64,000 nt of DNA. It comes from Podarcis gaigeae (Eukaryota). Below the pieces are notes generated by a model. That model had not been told where the DNA came from, did not search any database, and was given only the letters and a program-made list of their open reading frames with translations. Made by a program: the position numbers and the translations under genes. Positions 38,199-51,885 of the stretch are shown here, in pieces (the first letter of the stretch is position 1; each line of letters opens with the position of its first letter). The stretch is from NCBI GenBank assembly GCA_964106915.2, contig OZ066925.1; one strand, given 5' to 3'.

Positions 38199-38543
38199 GA
38201 CATGGGTGGCACTGTGGGTTAAACCCCCGAGCCTAGGACTTGCCGATCAGAAGGTCGGCGGTTCAAATCCCTGCAACGGGGTGAGCTCCCATTGCTCGGT
38301 CCCTGCTCCTGCCAACCTAGCAGTTCGAAAGCACAGCAAAGTGCAAGTAGATAAATAGGTACCGCTCCGGCGGGAAGGTAAACGGCGTTTCCGTGCGCTG
38401 CTCTGGTTCGCCAGAAGCGGCTTAGTCATGCTGGCCACCTGACCCAGAAGTTGTACGCCGGCTCCCTCAGCCAATAAAGCGAGATGAGCACCGCAACTCC
38501 AGAGTCGGTCACGACTGGACCTAATGGTCAGGGGTCCTTTACC
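38199..38543 (+). mobile_element. Sauria SINE, full length
   Basis: Reverse complement of the 35905 copy; 16-bp TSD TAGT(T/C)TTCATGGTAGA. Inserted into an older repeat also seen at ~24342-24391. Confidence 0.92.
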
Positions 38544-39030
38544 TAGTCTTCATGGTAGATCCACTCCTGCTTGGGAGAGCCTGATTCACGAAGGTAGCTG
38601 AGCCCTGTCAAAAGCAGTGGTTTCAGAAGGAATCTTCCTTTGCAGCTTGCCTTGAAAGCACCTTAAAATGAATGAACCCGACTGTAATTGGGGGGGGGGG
38701 AGTGTTCCATTGGAGCAAAGGCTTGAACTCAAACCAGGCTGCAAAGGAAGACAGGAAAGCACATTTAGAGCCTGCTCCTGGTGCTTTCCTTTGGAGTTGG
38801 GTCAAAGTGGCCCAATGGAGTGAGGAGACAGGGACCTGGTCCATTTGCTGGAACTGGTTCTCCACCCTTGTCCTTGTGGGAGATGGAAAGCTCAAATCTG
38901 TCTGCAGCAGGAGTGGGCAACCTGTGCCCTGTGAGTCACATGTGGCCTAAATTTCATGTGGGGGCAGGAACAGAAAAAATGGGGTGGCAGAAGGGGAGGG
39001 AATAGGAAAAGAAGATGGTAGAGATAGAGG

Positions 39031-39080
39031 GGAAGGAAGGAAGGAAGGAAGGAAGGAAGGAAGGAAGGAAGGAAGGAAGG
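39031..39080. repeat. (GGAA)n microsatellite
   Basis: Directly visible. Confidence 0.95.
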
Positions 39081-40644
39081 GAATTTTCTACCTAGTTTTT
39101 GTTTTAGTCCTCAGTTTTGATCCTGATCCCAGTCAGAACCAGCATGTAGCCTCTGACAGTGTACCCCTGAGGGAATGTGGCCCTCAACAGTCACCCCTGC
39201 CCTGTAAGCCACCCATGATTTCTCCTTGAAAATTTATTTGAACTTACTACCTCCTGGGATAAAATGATCCAGGGTTATATGATTCCAAAACACTCTGGAT
39301 AAGAGAAAGGCAGCCTCATTGCATTCCAATCAAGGCTTGAACTGCTAGAAAATATGTGAATATATTAAAGAGATGAAGCCCACAAGCTTCCTGCACTGAA
39401 ATAATCCTATTATGTGAAGGACATCTTAGAAAAACCACACTGGAATGAAAACTTTTGTGAGCTGGAACAGTGGATCTCTTTCGACAGATAATATTTACTG
39501 CTAAATAGTCTGCTTAACCATCTTCTTAGCATGTACTCCTGGGAGACAAAGGAGCTTTAAGTTTATTTATGTATTTAAATATTTTTTTCTGTTCCCACCT
39601 TAAGGCTTATCCCAAGGACAAGGGAATAACCCCACAAACAAACAGAGAAAGTGGCACTATCCACATAAAATGAAGAGAATATCAGAAGCTTTGGGGAAAC
39701 CAAATGATTTGCAGACGTGTATAAATATTGCGGGAGGGGGGAACACTTAAGGAAGGACCCCCCTCAAACAGCCTAATGAGGACTGCGTGTACTCATTAGT
39801 CATAGCATGCTCGCTGGTTTTTTTGAGAACTGGGAGAAGAAAAACTGGCAGTGGTGAAATGGAGTGTTTTTGAAAAGGGCCTTGCTGGTTGGCACTATGG
39901 ACATGACCACTCCACATTGCCATATTTTGTTGCCCTTTTGACTTGTTTAGCATTATTTCATTATGGGAATCTGATGATTTCATGCTCATTTTGTTCCTAA
40001 TCTAATTGCTATCCTACCTCCTGAGAGCACATCATAAATGCTTATTTTGATACCAATGACTTCAGATGCAAGAGCTGTCCTGACCTGGGATGCTAACCTT
40101 GTTAGTGAACTTATTATTTTTAGATAAGGTTTTGGATTGATTTTTTTTTATTTTTTTGCAGAGACATAACTTATTATCTTTCAATTCCAAGATTAAAAAC
40201 ATTACAGAGCATATGACCTGGGTGAAACAGCTATACTGCTGATTTTCGCAAGGTCTACAATATTCTGTGTAATGTATTCATTGAATTATTTAAAGTATTT
40301 CTTAAAGAGACGCAATAAATCTTAAATCTTTACCTACTGTGTTTGATTACTTTCATAGTAGGAATAAGTAATATGCTGTAAGCTTGATTAGAACCAGGAT
40401 ATTTTGGGGTCAATTTAAGATATTTACAAGGAATGTAAGAAAATAAATTGTAGAAGCGATTAGTTTATTACAGATTTTAAAATCAGACAAAACAATATTT
40501 CCAGTCCAGTTTTTCTACTTCCAAACTGAGAATCATTCAACAACTACTCACTTTTAAGAATTTCTTGAAGGTAGACCCACAAAATTCAGAAGGATATGGA
40601 CACAGTATTGCTTATTGAATGAATGAATATTTGATTATTTAGGG

Positions 40645-40780
40645 CAGTGTTCCCCAACCTCGGGCCTCCAGCTGTTTTTGGACTACAACTCCCATCATCC
40701 TTGACCACTGGTCTTGCTAGCGAGGGATGATGGGATTTGTAGTCCAAAAACAGCTGGAGGCCCAAGGTTGGGGAACACTG
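40645..40780. mobile_element. fully palindromic hAT MITE
   Basis: CAGTGTTCCCCAACCT...AGGTTGGGGAACACTG with a perfect 8-bp TSD ATTTAGGG. Confidence 0.92.
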
Positions 40781-41399
40781 ATTTAGGGTACTTGGTGGAC
40801 ATACAACTACTGTACAAGAGAAGCTGAAAATCTATACTATCTGCATGGTAAGCAGAATTTCACCATTATCCTCACTCCTTGGATTTCTGATTGGGTTGAG
40901 GTCAGTAGTAGAAAACATGCCCTGCATGCAGGATGTCTTAGTTCAGTTCCTGGTATCTCCCTATATGACAGGCAAAGACTTCTGCCTGAAACCCCAGGGG
41001 ACCATTGTCACTTATGTGTAGACAATTCTGAGCTAGATGAACCACTGGTCTGACTCCACTTAATGTAGTTCATGTTCTTATATGTAAAGCTGTATTTTTG
41101 TTAACTAGGTAGACTGTATTCTCACCAAAGACGAGCCCCCATATTCTCTCCCCAATTGGCACTGGGGATTTTTATAAAAATTCTGATTATTGCCATAATT
41201 TATCATTATGTGATGAATTAGCCTTCCTAATTCATTCTTTCTTCCTAAACCCAGCGTCCTTCTTTCCTTTCATTCATTCGTTAAAAGTATTTTCCTCCCA
41301 CTTACTATTGTGAAACAAAATATTAAGTTGACTTGCCAGCATTAAGAATAAAGCGAAGCTCAATGCAGTAACCATCTTAAATGTTGCACACATACCCCA

Positions 41400-41780
41400 T
41401 CAATGTGTAGGAGTCTAGCAGGAGGTAAGACAACCATGCAAAGAATCTATGAGGCAATGAGAGCAGTGAAGAGATCCTACTTCACTGCCTCCATTGCATC
41501 CTCAAGAAGCTGTCCAGCAGAGCTGTTCTCTGTGGTTGCTCCTGACCAGGAGGGTGGACTTCTGGAGCACATGGTGACTAACCTTAGCCAGATCTAAACA
41601 CTCTGAAGATAAATCCATTCAGCTCCACAGCAATTTAGATGCCGCTGTTGCAAAAGTGCCCGCTAAGGCATCCAGTTCAACATCAAGCCCCCCTCCCTCC
41701 TGGTGTGCCATCCATTCCAGTTCATGCAGCTAGAGGATGTGGGCAGGATACTTGCAGTGATGTGCCCGACCACCTGCTCA
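41400..41780 (+). mobile_element. decayed L2-like ORF2 fragment
   Basis: Translation KRSYFTASIASSRSCPAELF resembles the L2 region upstream of RT; frames are broken. Confidence 0.5.
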
Positions 41781-42902
41781 TTAGGAAATTAGGAATAGGT
41801 TGGCACCTAAAAACACACATCTCAGGTATCAAAGGCCAGGATAATCTTGGCACCATGCTATTTCTGTTTCTGACACCAGGTTGACTGTGATTTTTTCACT
41901 CTGAGAATCTACTGTATGCCATTGTGAGAGCCTCTCAGGGCTATAGCACAGGACATAAGAATTCTAAATAAAACAAAGAAATATTTTATAACACCCTTCA
42001 GTTGTATTCCAGCAACAATTTTACTCTTATGGTATGTTGTTGTATGCATTTATATTATTCCATGTGTGCATTTTAATATATTTAATGCTTTATTTTTAAA
42101 GAAAGAGATTCTGATCAGATAAATGCTCTTTCTTCACTTTCTGAATTCTATGGGACCAGACCCCTTTCTGACTGAAAATGGCAACAATATTTTCACAGGC
42201 TCTCTCCATGCACCTCTGTTCACTCTTATCACAGTGTCTAGCAACCTAAGAACAAGACCTGCCCTATAATCTTTATGTCATCTCAAATTCTAGTTCTTCT
42301 GGAGCACTGGTACATTATCAATATGCCTCACCAATATGCCTCAGGATGTACTGCTAAATAGGAAGCAGATTGACACAAGTAATGTCAATTTGACATATTC
42401 ACACTTAAATGTGTCCTGTAAAAAGGCTATTTCAGATATCTGTTTGCATAAATGCTTTGGCAATTTGCATCTATTGTGGGAATTGCTTATACTGTTTACA
42501 TTTCCAGGAACACTTCCCCCTTAATCTTTCTCATAGTCAGTGACATTTGACCAGAAAACATTTCATTTTTGCACAGCTACATATGTATATTTCTTCAAAG
42601 ATTTTTCTTTTCTTTTCAAGCCATCTTATGTATGCTTCCTTTATTGAATTAGAGTTGCAAGTGACCATCTGTTTAATCTGTTACTGGTGCTGGAAAAGTC
42701 TCCTAATAAGAATAAGACCAACAGTTCTGGCTGAAATGTAATTCAAAACTCTGGGTTTTACAAACAGTATTCTGTTTTAATCTTCTAGCAATAAAACTTG
42801 CTTCTTTTTTCTGCCACGTTTATGGGAATATTTGGATGGTGAAAAGTAAATAACCTGCTGCTTTTCCTTCCCTCTCTTGGTAATTACCCACATGATGGAT
42901 TT

Positions 42903-43075
42903 GGGGAAGAGCTAAAGCTCAGTGGAGGGGTATCTCCTGTGTATACAAAAGGTCCCTGGTTCAATCCTCAGCATCTCCTGTTGGGGCTGGGAAATAAACT
43001 TGTCTAACACTGGGTGAGCTACAGCCAATCAGTGCAGACAATACTGAGCTAGAAGGGCCAATGGTCTGATTTCCT
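42903..43075 (+). mobile_element. old tRNA-derived SINE
   Basis: A/B-box-like AGCTCAGTGG...GGTTCAATCC; related copies at ~40895, 61940, 27915(-) and 63750(-). Confidence 0.65.
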
Positions 43076-43383
43076 CTAAGGTTGTTTCCCACATCCCTGT
43101 GTCTGCCCTGTCTGTTCCCTGTGAAGAAGGATTGATTGCTAAACCACTCTGGAAATTGTAGCTCTGTGGGGCCTCCTAACAACTCTCAGCTCCCTTAACA
43201 AATCACAGCTCCCATAATTCTTAGAGGGGGAGCCATGAGTTTAAAGTGGCGCCATAGTGCTTTAAATGTGTGGTGTGAATGTGGAGGAAGATAAGTGAAA
43301 TATTGAAAGTTGCCTGATACTCAGTCTACAGATTCGGCACCGACAAGCCGTACACAGAGACACCAGGGATTGAACCTGTGACC

Positions 43384-43813
43384 TATTGGCAAAACCTATT
43401 GGTGTTTTGCAACTTTCTGACTAGTTGCAGGAACTTAGCCAGACCTAGCAGAGTAAACGCAGAATCCACGGAAGCAATTGGTGACTTGGCTGCAGACAGG
43501 ATAGAAGAAGCAGGAACCAGGAACTTGTAGTTAGGTGTTTATTATATACAGTGGACTATTTACAAGAACAGAACACGGATCTTTTGCTAGCTCTCTCTGA
43601 CACGACTCACAACTCCTACACTGAAATACCGAACTAACACATTCCAGTTAGTAGGCCATTAATCACTCCCTTGAAAGAGCTTGACCAATCAGGGAGCGGT
43701 CTCCATGTCTCTGTTATCACCAGGCAGACCTACTCCTTCAGATTGCCTTCTGGCTGTCTGCCAAACCTTAATTGACTCTGTGTGAGTAGCTGCACATACA
43801 CAGTTTCCCAACG
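43384..43813 (-). mobile_element. solo LTR-like insertion inside a tRNA SINE
   Basis: 5-bp TSD TGACC, short terminal inverted repeats TATTGG...CCAACG (degenerate TG..CA), and internal AATAAA on the minus strand. Removing it restores the host SINE B box GGATTGAACCTGTGACCTTCTGCATG. Confidence 0.75.
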
Positions 43814-44399
43814 TGACCTTCTGCATGCAAAGCATGTCTCTACCCTACTGAGCTACGGCTCTTCCCCTACTGTGGAGTGGAGGCCATCACTACTTCTCTT
43901 TGCTGTTATCACTGCTCACAGTCTCTGAAAGGGCGGGTAGAAAGCTGCCAATATCAAAGGGGTTAGATCGGCAGGGACGGAGAACTCCAGAGGTTCAGGG
44001 GCACTTGCTGAGATGTGGGCTTCACCAGGTGCTCAGCAATGATGACCCCAGCGCTGGCCCTGCTGCCTTAATCTCTCTTGGTTACTTATGGAGGAAACAG
44101 CCCTCTTCAACCCCAAAGAAAATGGCAGGAAGATAGGAATCTTTGGTACACAATTGTAAAAAGTCAGAGTAGACTGTGTGTCAAGGAGACCTGGGTTGCT
44201 TCCTGACAGCAAATAAGTTAATAAAATAGGTTCAGACCTGTTGCCAACGACTCATTTGTGACACTTCAGCGATCCACTGAAAATATGAAGCCCACTGTCT
44301 GGAAGAACTCAGTGTCTGGCCCATGAATCGCAGGCATAGCAATAATCCAAGCTCAGATTGAGGTCAATTACCAATCTAGTTTTTTTTAAAAAGTAGGAG

Positions 44400-44960
44400 G
44401 GGCTGTCCTGGCATAGGAAAGTGAACAAAGCTTTTCTCCCTCTCTTACAACACTAGAATTCGTGGGTAGCCAATGAAGCTGAGTATCGGATGAGTCAGGA
44501 CGGATGAAAGAAAGTACTTATTCAGACAGTGCATAGGTGAACTATGGAACTCACTCCCACATAGCTCAGTTGGTAGAGCACGAGACTCTTAACCTCAGGG
44601 TCATGGGTTTGAGCCCCACGTTAGGCCAATGATTATTGCATTGCAGGGGGTTGGACTAGATGACTTGCTGGTCCCTTCTGACTTTACAATTCTATGATCA
44701 CAGGAGGCATTGATGGCCACCAACTTGAATGGTTTTAAAATAGGATCAGCCTAATTCATGGCAGGTAAAGGTAGTAGCTAGGATGGCCATGCTCTGTCTC
44801 CACCATTGGAGGCTTCTGAATACCAGTTGCTCGAAACTTCAGGAGGGGGGAGCGTCTTGTGGTTGGATCCTGCTTGCAGGTTTCCCACAGGCCTCTGGTT
44901 GGCCACTGTGAGAACAGGACGCAGAACTAGATGGGCCGTTGTCTCTTCAAGAGGCTCTTT
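44400..44960 (+). mobile_element. CR1 LINE 3' fragment
   Basis: CR1-type end (AAGCTGA...AAGAAAGTACTT...TGGAACTCACTCCCAC...GGCCACCAACTTGAATGGTTTTAAAA), interrupted by a SINE. Confidence 0.7.
44561..44698 (+). mobile_element. tRNA-Lys-derived SINE with CR1 tail
   Basis: ATAGCTCAGTTGGTAGAGCACGAGACTCTTAACCTCAGGGTCATGGGTTTGAGCCCCACG (tRNA-Lys-CTT-like head) plus a GGACTAGATG...TTCTATGAT tail. Confidence 0.85.
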
Positions 44961-46512
44961 GTATCTTCCTCTTTCCTGATGCAACCAGTTTATTCTGGCG
45001 CATCAGCTATGAGGGTTAGATGGTTGTCTCTCTTTGGTCCTAAAACTGAGAAGAAATGAACTGTGATTAGATGGGTGGGAGGGGAAGAAACTTACAGAGG
45101 GTGAGCAGACCATTCTATACAGTTTTTTACAGCACAGTCCTAACCACGTCCACTCAAAAGTAAGACCCATTGAGGACTGTGTAATATTTTATCATTAGAA
45201 AATGTGAAGAATACCGTCCCCCTTATTTTGCACTTCTGCTGTTTGTTGCCATTCTGCAGTTTGTTTGTTTGTTTGTTTGTTTGTTTGTTTGTTTTACTTA
45301 CTTACAGAGACCCAGTGTGTTAATTAATACGATTTTGCAAAATCATCTTTAAAGGCTCTTTGCTCCAGTTCCATGTAAATCTTTGTCATCTCCATATTTC
45401 CAGCATATTTTATGCAAATGGTTGTTTAAAAATGAAAATTCTAATGCCAAATGAAGAAAATTCATGGCATGCATCTTGTGTTGCAGTTTAATCACTGTAT
45501 ACCCAGGAAAGTATTGACAGTTGTCCCGAGGAAGCTATTNNNNNNNNNNNNNNNNNNNNNNNNNNNNNNNNNNNNNNNNNNNNNNNNNNNNNNNNNNNNN
45601 NNNNNNNNNNNNNNNNNNNNNNNNNNNNNNNNNNNNNNNNNNNNNNNNNNNNNNNNNNNNNNNNNNNNNNNNNNNNNNNNNNNNNNNNNNNNNNNNNNNN
45701 NNNGTCTGCCTTAACTCTCTGCACAACACTATGTTCCAAAGTTGTATCAGCTACAGATGTAGAACTTCTGCATCCCAGAGTTTAATCACACTTGGGATGA
45801 CTCGCTGGTTTAATTTTTATTCATCAGTTCAGTTTTGAGGTATCTTTTTCTTTTTTTTTAAGTCCGTAACTTTGCCGTCTTGATTCATCATGTGGGTATA
45901 CATAAACAGCATATTAAGACCTCAGGAACTGCTGCCAAGAGTATACTCTTCAATTTGCAGGATCATTCATTCATGCTCATTAGCTTGAGGGAGATACATC
46001 AGCTTTGTATTCCAGATAGAGTGCAACTCCATTTGTCTGGGACAGATTTAAAATACTCAGCTGAACAACAGGCTCCTACTGACATGTCGGCCATGTGGAG
46101 GTAATCCAGGAGAGTATGAACTGCTGGCTCAAATAATAGAGTTCCTGCTTGAATGTGGTTCAGCAAAGCTTTCAGCAATGATCCTGTGAATTAGAGGAGA
46201 ACAATTAAGCCTTAAAAAAACCCCAACAACAACCAAGAGATATACCAGTCTTTAAAACCTTCATGCCGTTATGGCTGCTGTGATAGGCAGTAGGTTGGTT
46301 CATACTGGAAGCCAGAGTTGGGATTGTGTTGCAGGTGAGGGGCAATGCCATTGGAATGACCTACTGTGATGGCAGATCAGCTTATAGGAAGAGACCAGAG
46401 ATTGCCCTGATTCCTATTTGCTTATAATAAGGCAAATCTCCAGCTGTGTAAATTAATTTGCATGAAATTAGCTGCATTATGCCCAGAATAATTTTGGTCC
46501 ATAACGCAGAAG

Positions 46513-46681
46513 CAGTGCATTTTTTCTGGGGGGGACGCAGAGGTACATATACCCCTAAACATTTTTTGAATCTTTCTACTTTTGTCCATTTATTTTCCCC
46601 AATTTAAACTATAAAGTGGTGATTTTCTTGAATCAAAACGAGAGTACCCTTAAACATTTTTTTTAAAGAAAAAAAGCACTG
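46513..46681. mobile_element. hAT-type MITE
   Basis: TIRs CAGTGCATTTTTT / AAAAAAGCACTG; TSD CGCAGAAG/TGCAGAAG. Confidence 0.88.
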
Positions 46682-49600
46682 TGCAGAAGTATAAAATTTG
46701 GTGCCTCCACCCATTCCCCAGTATGCAGCAAAACAAAGTGAAGTCCAAAACACACAGATCTATCTCAATAAGAGCCATGGGTCAGTCCTTTATGCTGTTA
46801 GAGGGATTCCAAAGTGTTTGTGACCTGTCAGTCCCTGAATTTGCACAAATGGCATTTGAGAAAGGGCTCAAAGAGTATTTCTTCATTGATTGTGGCTGTG
46901 GTTCTGCTGGGGTGAATGGAGACTTTTGCATCTCTGCCTGAGACTACAGTTGGCGGAAAGTCACCACCATAATCTGAATCTTACAGCAATTAATACCAAG
47001 TAGGACAACCCCAAATGTAACTGGTTGAGTACACATTCTCCCGGTGATATATAAACACTTGCAAATGGTCATGCAAATGCTCATCTTTCATTGTAGTCTT
47101 TTTAACAATACCTGTGGTATACATGTAAAGGTCTATTAAAAAAAAAGTGCTTATTAATTCTCCATGCACATCCAGTATGGACAGCATAGTCAGCAGTTTG
47201 CATCATGCATTTCGGGTATCCAATGAACTTTCTGACATGCTGATTTCATTTTTCCACTTTATGCATCTTCTAGTGAAAGCGAATTTGACTGTCCACACCT
47301 GAAAAAATATTTATTATTATTATTTTAATGTGGGGTTCCAGGAGTGTGTTGAATTAGCTCCAAGCAAAAATAGCAATGGTATCAAGGGAATATGAATGTT
47401 CTAGTAAACTATACGAGGGGACTGTTTAATTTAATGATAGTGATTGCAGAACTAGGCACTAGAGTGGGGTGTTTTTAATTAAGTTGGCGTTTAGTTAAAA
47501 TTAGCCTCCATTCATTATGCAGTGTGCAAGTTCTTTACCTTAATATGAAAAGAAGGTCATTCTCATAGCCACAGTCCTCTTCTTTAATACTTTTTTGTTT
47601 TGTTTTTTAAAAGATACTGTATTGTGTTGTGCTTCCATTAATTATCAAGGGTTTATTTACAAGACAATAATTAATTATACCTCTGGGAAGCTCAAGTGTC
47701 TAAGATGAATCAAAGCAGACTTGATAAGAAGCGATGAAAGTCTCACATAATTAAGCAAGGCACTAGAGACCAATTGTTTATGGAATTATTTTGCTGGAGT
47801 TAATTGATACTAATTATTTAATCTGATTTTCTTCTTCCCAGTGATTCTTACACCAAATCACTGCACTCTGCTAATGGAAGACACACAACTGATTTTATCA
47901 AGGTGTTCTTCCTGTTTTTGTTTGGGAAGAAAACACACTGGGCCAAGACAGAAAATGTAACTGAAAGCTCAGAATCAGATTTTTTTATCAGTCAGATAGG
48001 AAGCTGTATGCAAGCCATCGATGGTAAGACTTATTTAGGCATGAAACATATCTAAAAGACTATGTTAGGGTTTTTTTAAGTTGGAGGTACACTTTTGTGA
48101 TTTGATTTAATTTGCCTCCTTTTATAATTGGTGTCCCCCCCTTCTTTCCCTTTAAAAAATGCTTTAGTTCAAGTCCAGTTCATAAAATAGTTAACCATCT
48201 TCGATATATCATAAACTATGTTCTAAATATGATTTATGGTACAGATTGGATGTGCAATTAGCACTTTAAAAGTTGCTAACATTATAACTTGAATGCAGGA
48301 ATTGCAGGGTAAAATATTATGGTTGGCAACATTATCAATGTCCTACTTTGGAGAATTGGCAGAGGAATGAAATGTTGTCTGGAAAAGCAGATACAATGTA
48401 GTTAGAACACTTTGAGCCAATATATTTAGTTCTGCCATGCTGTTGCTTTAGCATATCTGACCGTTTATATCTTGTTACTTTCTTAAAAGTAGATGGGAAA
48501 GCTCCCAGCCCACATCTTGTCGCTTTGCTCTGGGCCATAGGCAGCTCTGAAGTTCATATAATGTTTCCAGAATTTATTAATTCAGTATTTATGCAAATGG
48601 GCTGAACTAAATCATAGAGTGAACTCACTGAAATTGATGGGATACTTACTTAAGTCCATTGATCTTTGTGGGTCTACTCTGAATATAACTTAGTTCATTA
48701 TCACTGCCTGGCTGAGAAGTTAAGTACACTGAACGTGGAAGTAATTTCCACTGAAATAAAATCCCAAGTCAGTATTAAAACTCTTACTTATAGTCTTAAC
48801 AGCAATCTGTGTAATAGGTAACAGGATAGTCTAGAAATCTGTGGTCCCGTCCCACAGTACAGTAAACACATTTTCATTTATATGATGTTTCAAGGCTGCC
48901 TCCTTATGGCTTCTGTGGCATTTTCCTAGCCTTTTCAGTATTTCCCTATTGTTATTTTTTAAAGATCAGTTTTTAAACTTTGTAACTGCTCAGTTCAGGA
49001 CTGCAGTGCCAGATTCAATGCTATGCTGGCGCAGAACTTGTAAAAAAGCATGACACTCTGCATGCATGCTCACACAGGTGCAAAATCTTGTTTTATGATG
49101 ATCTGATTAATACCATCATGATGATGCATGGAATGTCCTCCCCGAAGGCCATTACCATCTTCCTTCAACAGCTACATCTGTTTGCAGTTACAAGCAACCC
49201 TTCAAATGTTGGCAGACCATCCCACGTTTCATAGTTAAAAACGGCAACAATCCAGTCCTTCACAGCAGAATGGTATTTGCATGTGATGATATCTTGTAAA
49301 TGTTGTACCAATATCCAAAGACACAGAAATCTGCTTGGTTGCAATAGAACTTCACAGATCAGGACACAGCTTTATTCCAGTTTATATAATATTATCCGTG
49401 AACTGGAAGGCACAACTCCAGAATTCCACATATGGAATTGAGCTTTTCTGCAGATTCCAGCTTATTGCTACATAAGGATCCATACGACTAGGGAGATACT
49501 GCATGTGTAGATATTATCTATAGTTTCTATATGTCTTCTGAAGCTGGATTAGGAACCATGTGCAGCACACATCCAAAATATGGCTGTTGCAGATTAGAGA

Positions 49601-51885
49601 TGGATTTGGTTCTGATGCCAAGAGTTGACACTACACAGTGCCGAGGGGGGGAACTTTCCTCTGATGCTGATGAGAATACATATCTCCTTCATCTGACTCA
49701 GAACCACATGTGTGTTTTTCTAATTATGTATTGCTTCACACAAATATCTCAGGATCAGAGTCTATGTCTAATAACCAGCCTCCATGAAACTTTGCATGGA
49801 GTAAGCTTCTAAAATATATGGTTCCCTTCTGCCTCCCATAATATCTTGTTTAAAAGACTGAACAGCTTTGACGAATAAAAGTTTCCCTACATGGTTTCTC
49901 TGACTAACGTCTTCAAGAATGTTGTATTAGGTGCATTCAGGCACAGTCTGTCTCAGATTTTAAGTTAAGGAAGCAATCTAGATGTTCATCATTAATGTGT
50001 TCTTGAGCTTGGACCATTCTGCCACTTTGCCATGACTGAACCGTAGGGAGCTGTCAGAGGGGAATCAGGGGCTGGACGCTAGGAACCAGGAACTGTGCCA
50101 AAGAACCAAAGACAAAGAGCCAAAGAACACACAGAAATAAACCAGAGCTGTGGAAGACTTTGTTGCTCAGGCAAAATCACAGCCAAACAGGAAGCTCTGT
50201 CCAGGAGGACACAATGCCTAGTGTGGGTTAGCAAGGCAAAACCAGAACCTAAGAATTCTCCACTGCCCTGAAAGTGCTCTAAACTGCTGCTCTGTTAGTT
50301 CACTAGAAGGGGAAGCTGTACATGAAGCTTAAGATTCCCAGCTGTTCTGGCACTGGGGATCAGCATGGACTGCTCAGGGGTTCATAAAGGCCCATCACCA
50401 AACCATTAGGGTGCCCATCTGGTAATGGAGTTTGCTAGTGCAGCTGCTGAAGGCTCAGTGGTGGTAGTTTTCTATGGAAGCCAAGCTACCAGCTGCTCAC
50501 CTTTGATCCGCGGTGGGCAGATGCCATCTTACATTCCCCCCACGATGGACAGCAGGTGTAGGAGCAGTGCAGGATGGCAGACTTGGCTGATATGAAGGGA
50601 GTCCTGCCAACAGCACTATTGTTGAGAGTTCACCAGAGGCTAGTGTTGAGGATCCTGGTTCAAGCCCTTCAGCTGTTTTGAAGTACAATAACATAGTATG
50701 CATTTTCCCTCCCTGCTTTGAAATGTCAAACAGGTTTAAACTTCAAACAGCGAATTATATTGTAAATGTATATATCATGCTTCATAGTGATCTTGCAGAC
50801 TTCTAGTCAGGCATTGCATATTTTGACATCTTTTTGTGTTGTCATCCCTACCAATGGAATGGGTGAGTCACAGCCTGTGCACAAATTTTCATCCATTCTG
50901 TTCAAGTAAGATTTTGCATTTTTTTTTATTTATGTATTTATTTGCATTATCCTTTTGATTAGCCTTTGAAAACAGCTGAATGGGTCAAGCTGGTATTTGA
51001 ACTTTGAACATGGAATTGGCCTTGAACATGTGCACCAAATATTCATTCCAGTATCTTTATATTCAATGGTATTGTCATGTTACAAACAAGAAAGCTGCTA
51101 AAGAAGCAGAATTCTGAACTAAAGAGCCCTACCTTGGCTTTGCCAACAAAGAGAGACTATTACGTTTTCATAAGACAGCCCCCAGCCAACATCTTGGAGA
51201 GTTATTCTCTCAGATAATTTACTCTGTTTAGACTTAATAAAATATCCCATTTATTTCAAGGAGCTCTGGATCAGGCCCATCATACTATATATAAACCATC
51301 ATTCTCTCTCTCATTATTTTATGTTGATGCAGTTTGTTTTTAAACTAAACCTAAATCAATTTCAATTGAATTTATTTGTCCACATCTTGTGGTGGGAATT
51401 TAATCAGCCTTATAAATGTACATTTAACAGACAAGGTAAAAAATTGTTTGGTTGGAGAATCTAATTATCCATATACAAATAAATGGGCAGCGCACAGAGA
51501 ATCTCAGTACCATACTATCCCATTCTGTCTGGGAAATATACAGGTCATCTAGAGCTAAAGAACAGGCTTATGGAGAAATGAAATGTTGGAGTTTAAATTG
51601 GAGTGCAAATTATAATAGGAAAATGCAAGGTTTTTTTAAGCATCTCTCTGTGCGCANNNNNNNNNNNNNNNNNNNNNNNNNNNNNNNNNNNNNNNNNNNN
51701 NNNNNNNNNNNNNNNNNNNNNNNNNNNNNNNNNNNNNNNNNNNNNNNNNNNNNNNNNNNNNNNNNNNNNNNNNNNNNNNNNNNNNNNNNNNNNNNCCTTA
51801 GATTTCTTAATTAGGTTCCTAAATGTTAATTTCCTAAAGTGTATCAGCTATCAATGAAATTCTATACCAACATAATTAGTATATT

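Noticed and set aside
44561-44625. tRNA-Lys gene
   Set aside because: Degenerate B box, no proper acceptor stem, and it continues into a CR1-type tail, so it is a SINE head. The same applies to the tRNA-like sequence at 24844.
46930-47300. Possible minus-strand exon after TTTTTCAG|GTGTGG
   Set aside because: No sustained ORF or recognisable protein; cannot be supported.
50028-50700. Possible old LTR or retroelement remnant
   Set aside because: No TSD or termini could be identified with confidence.
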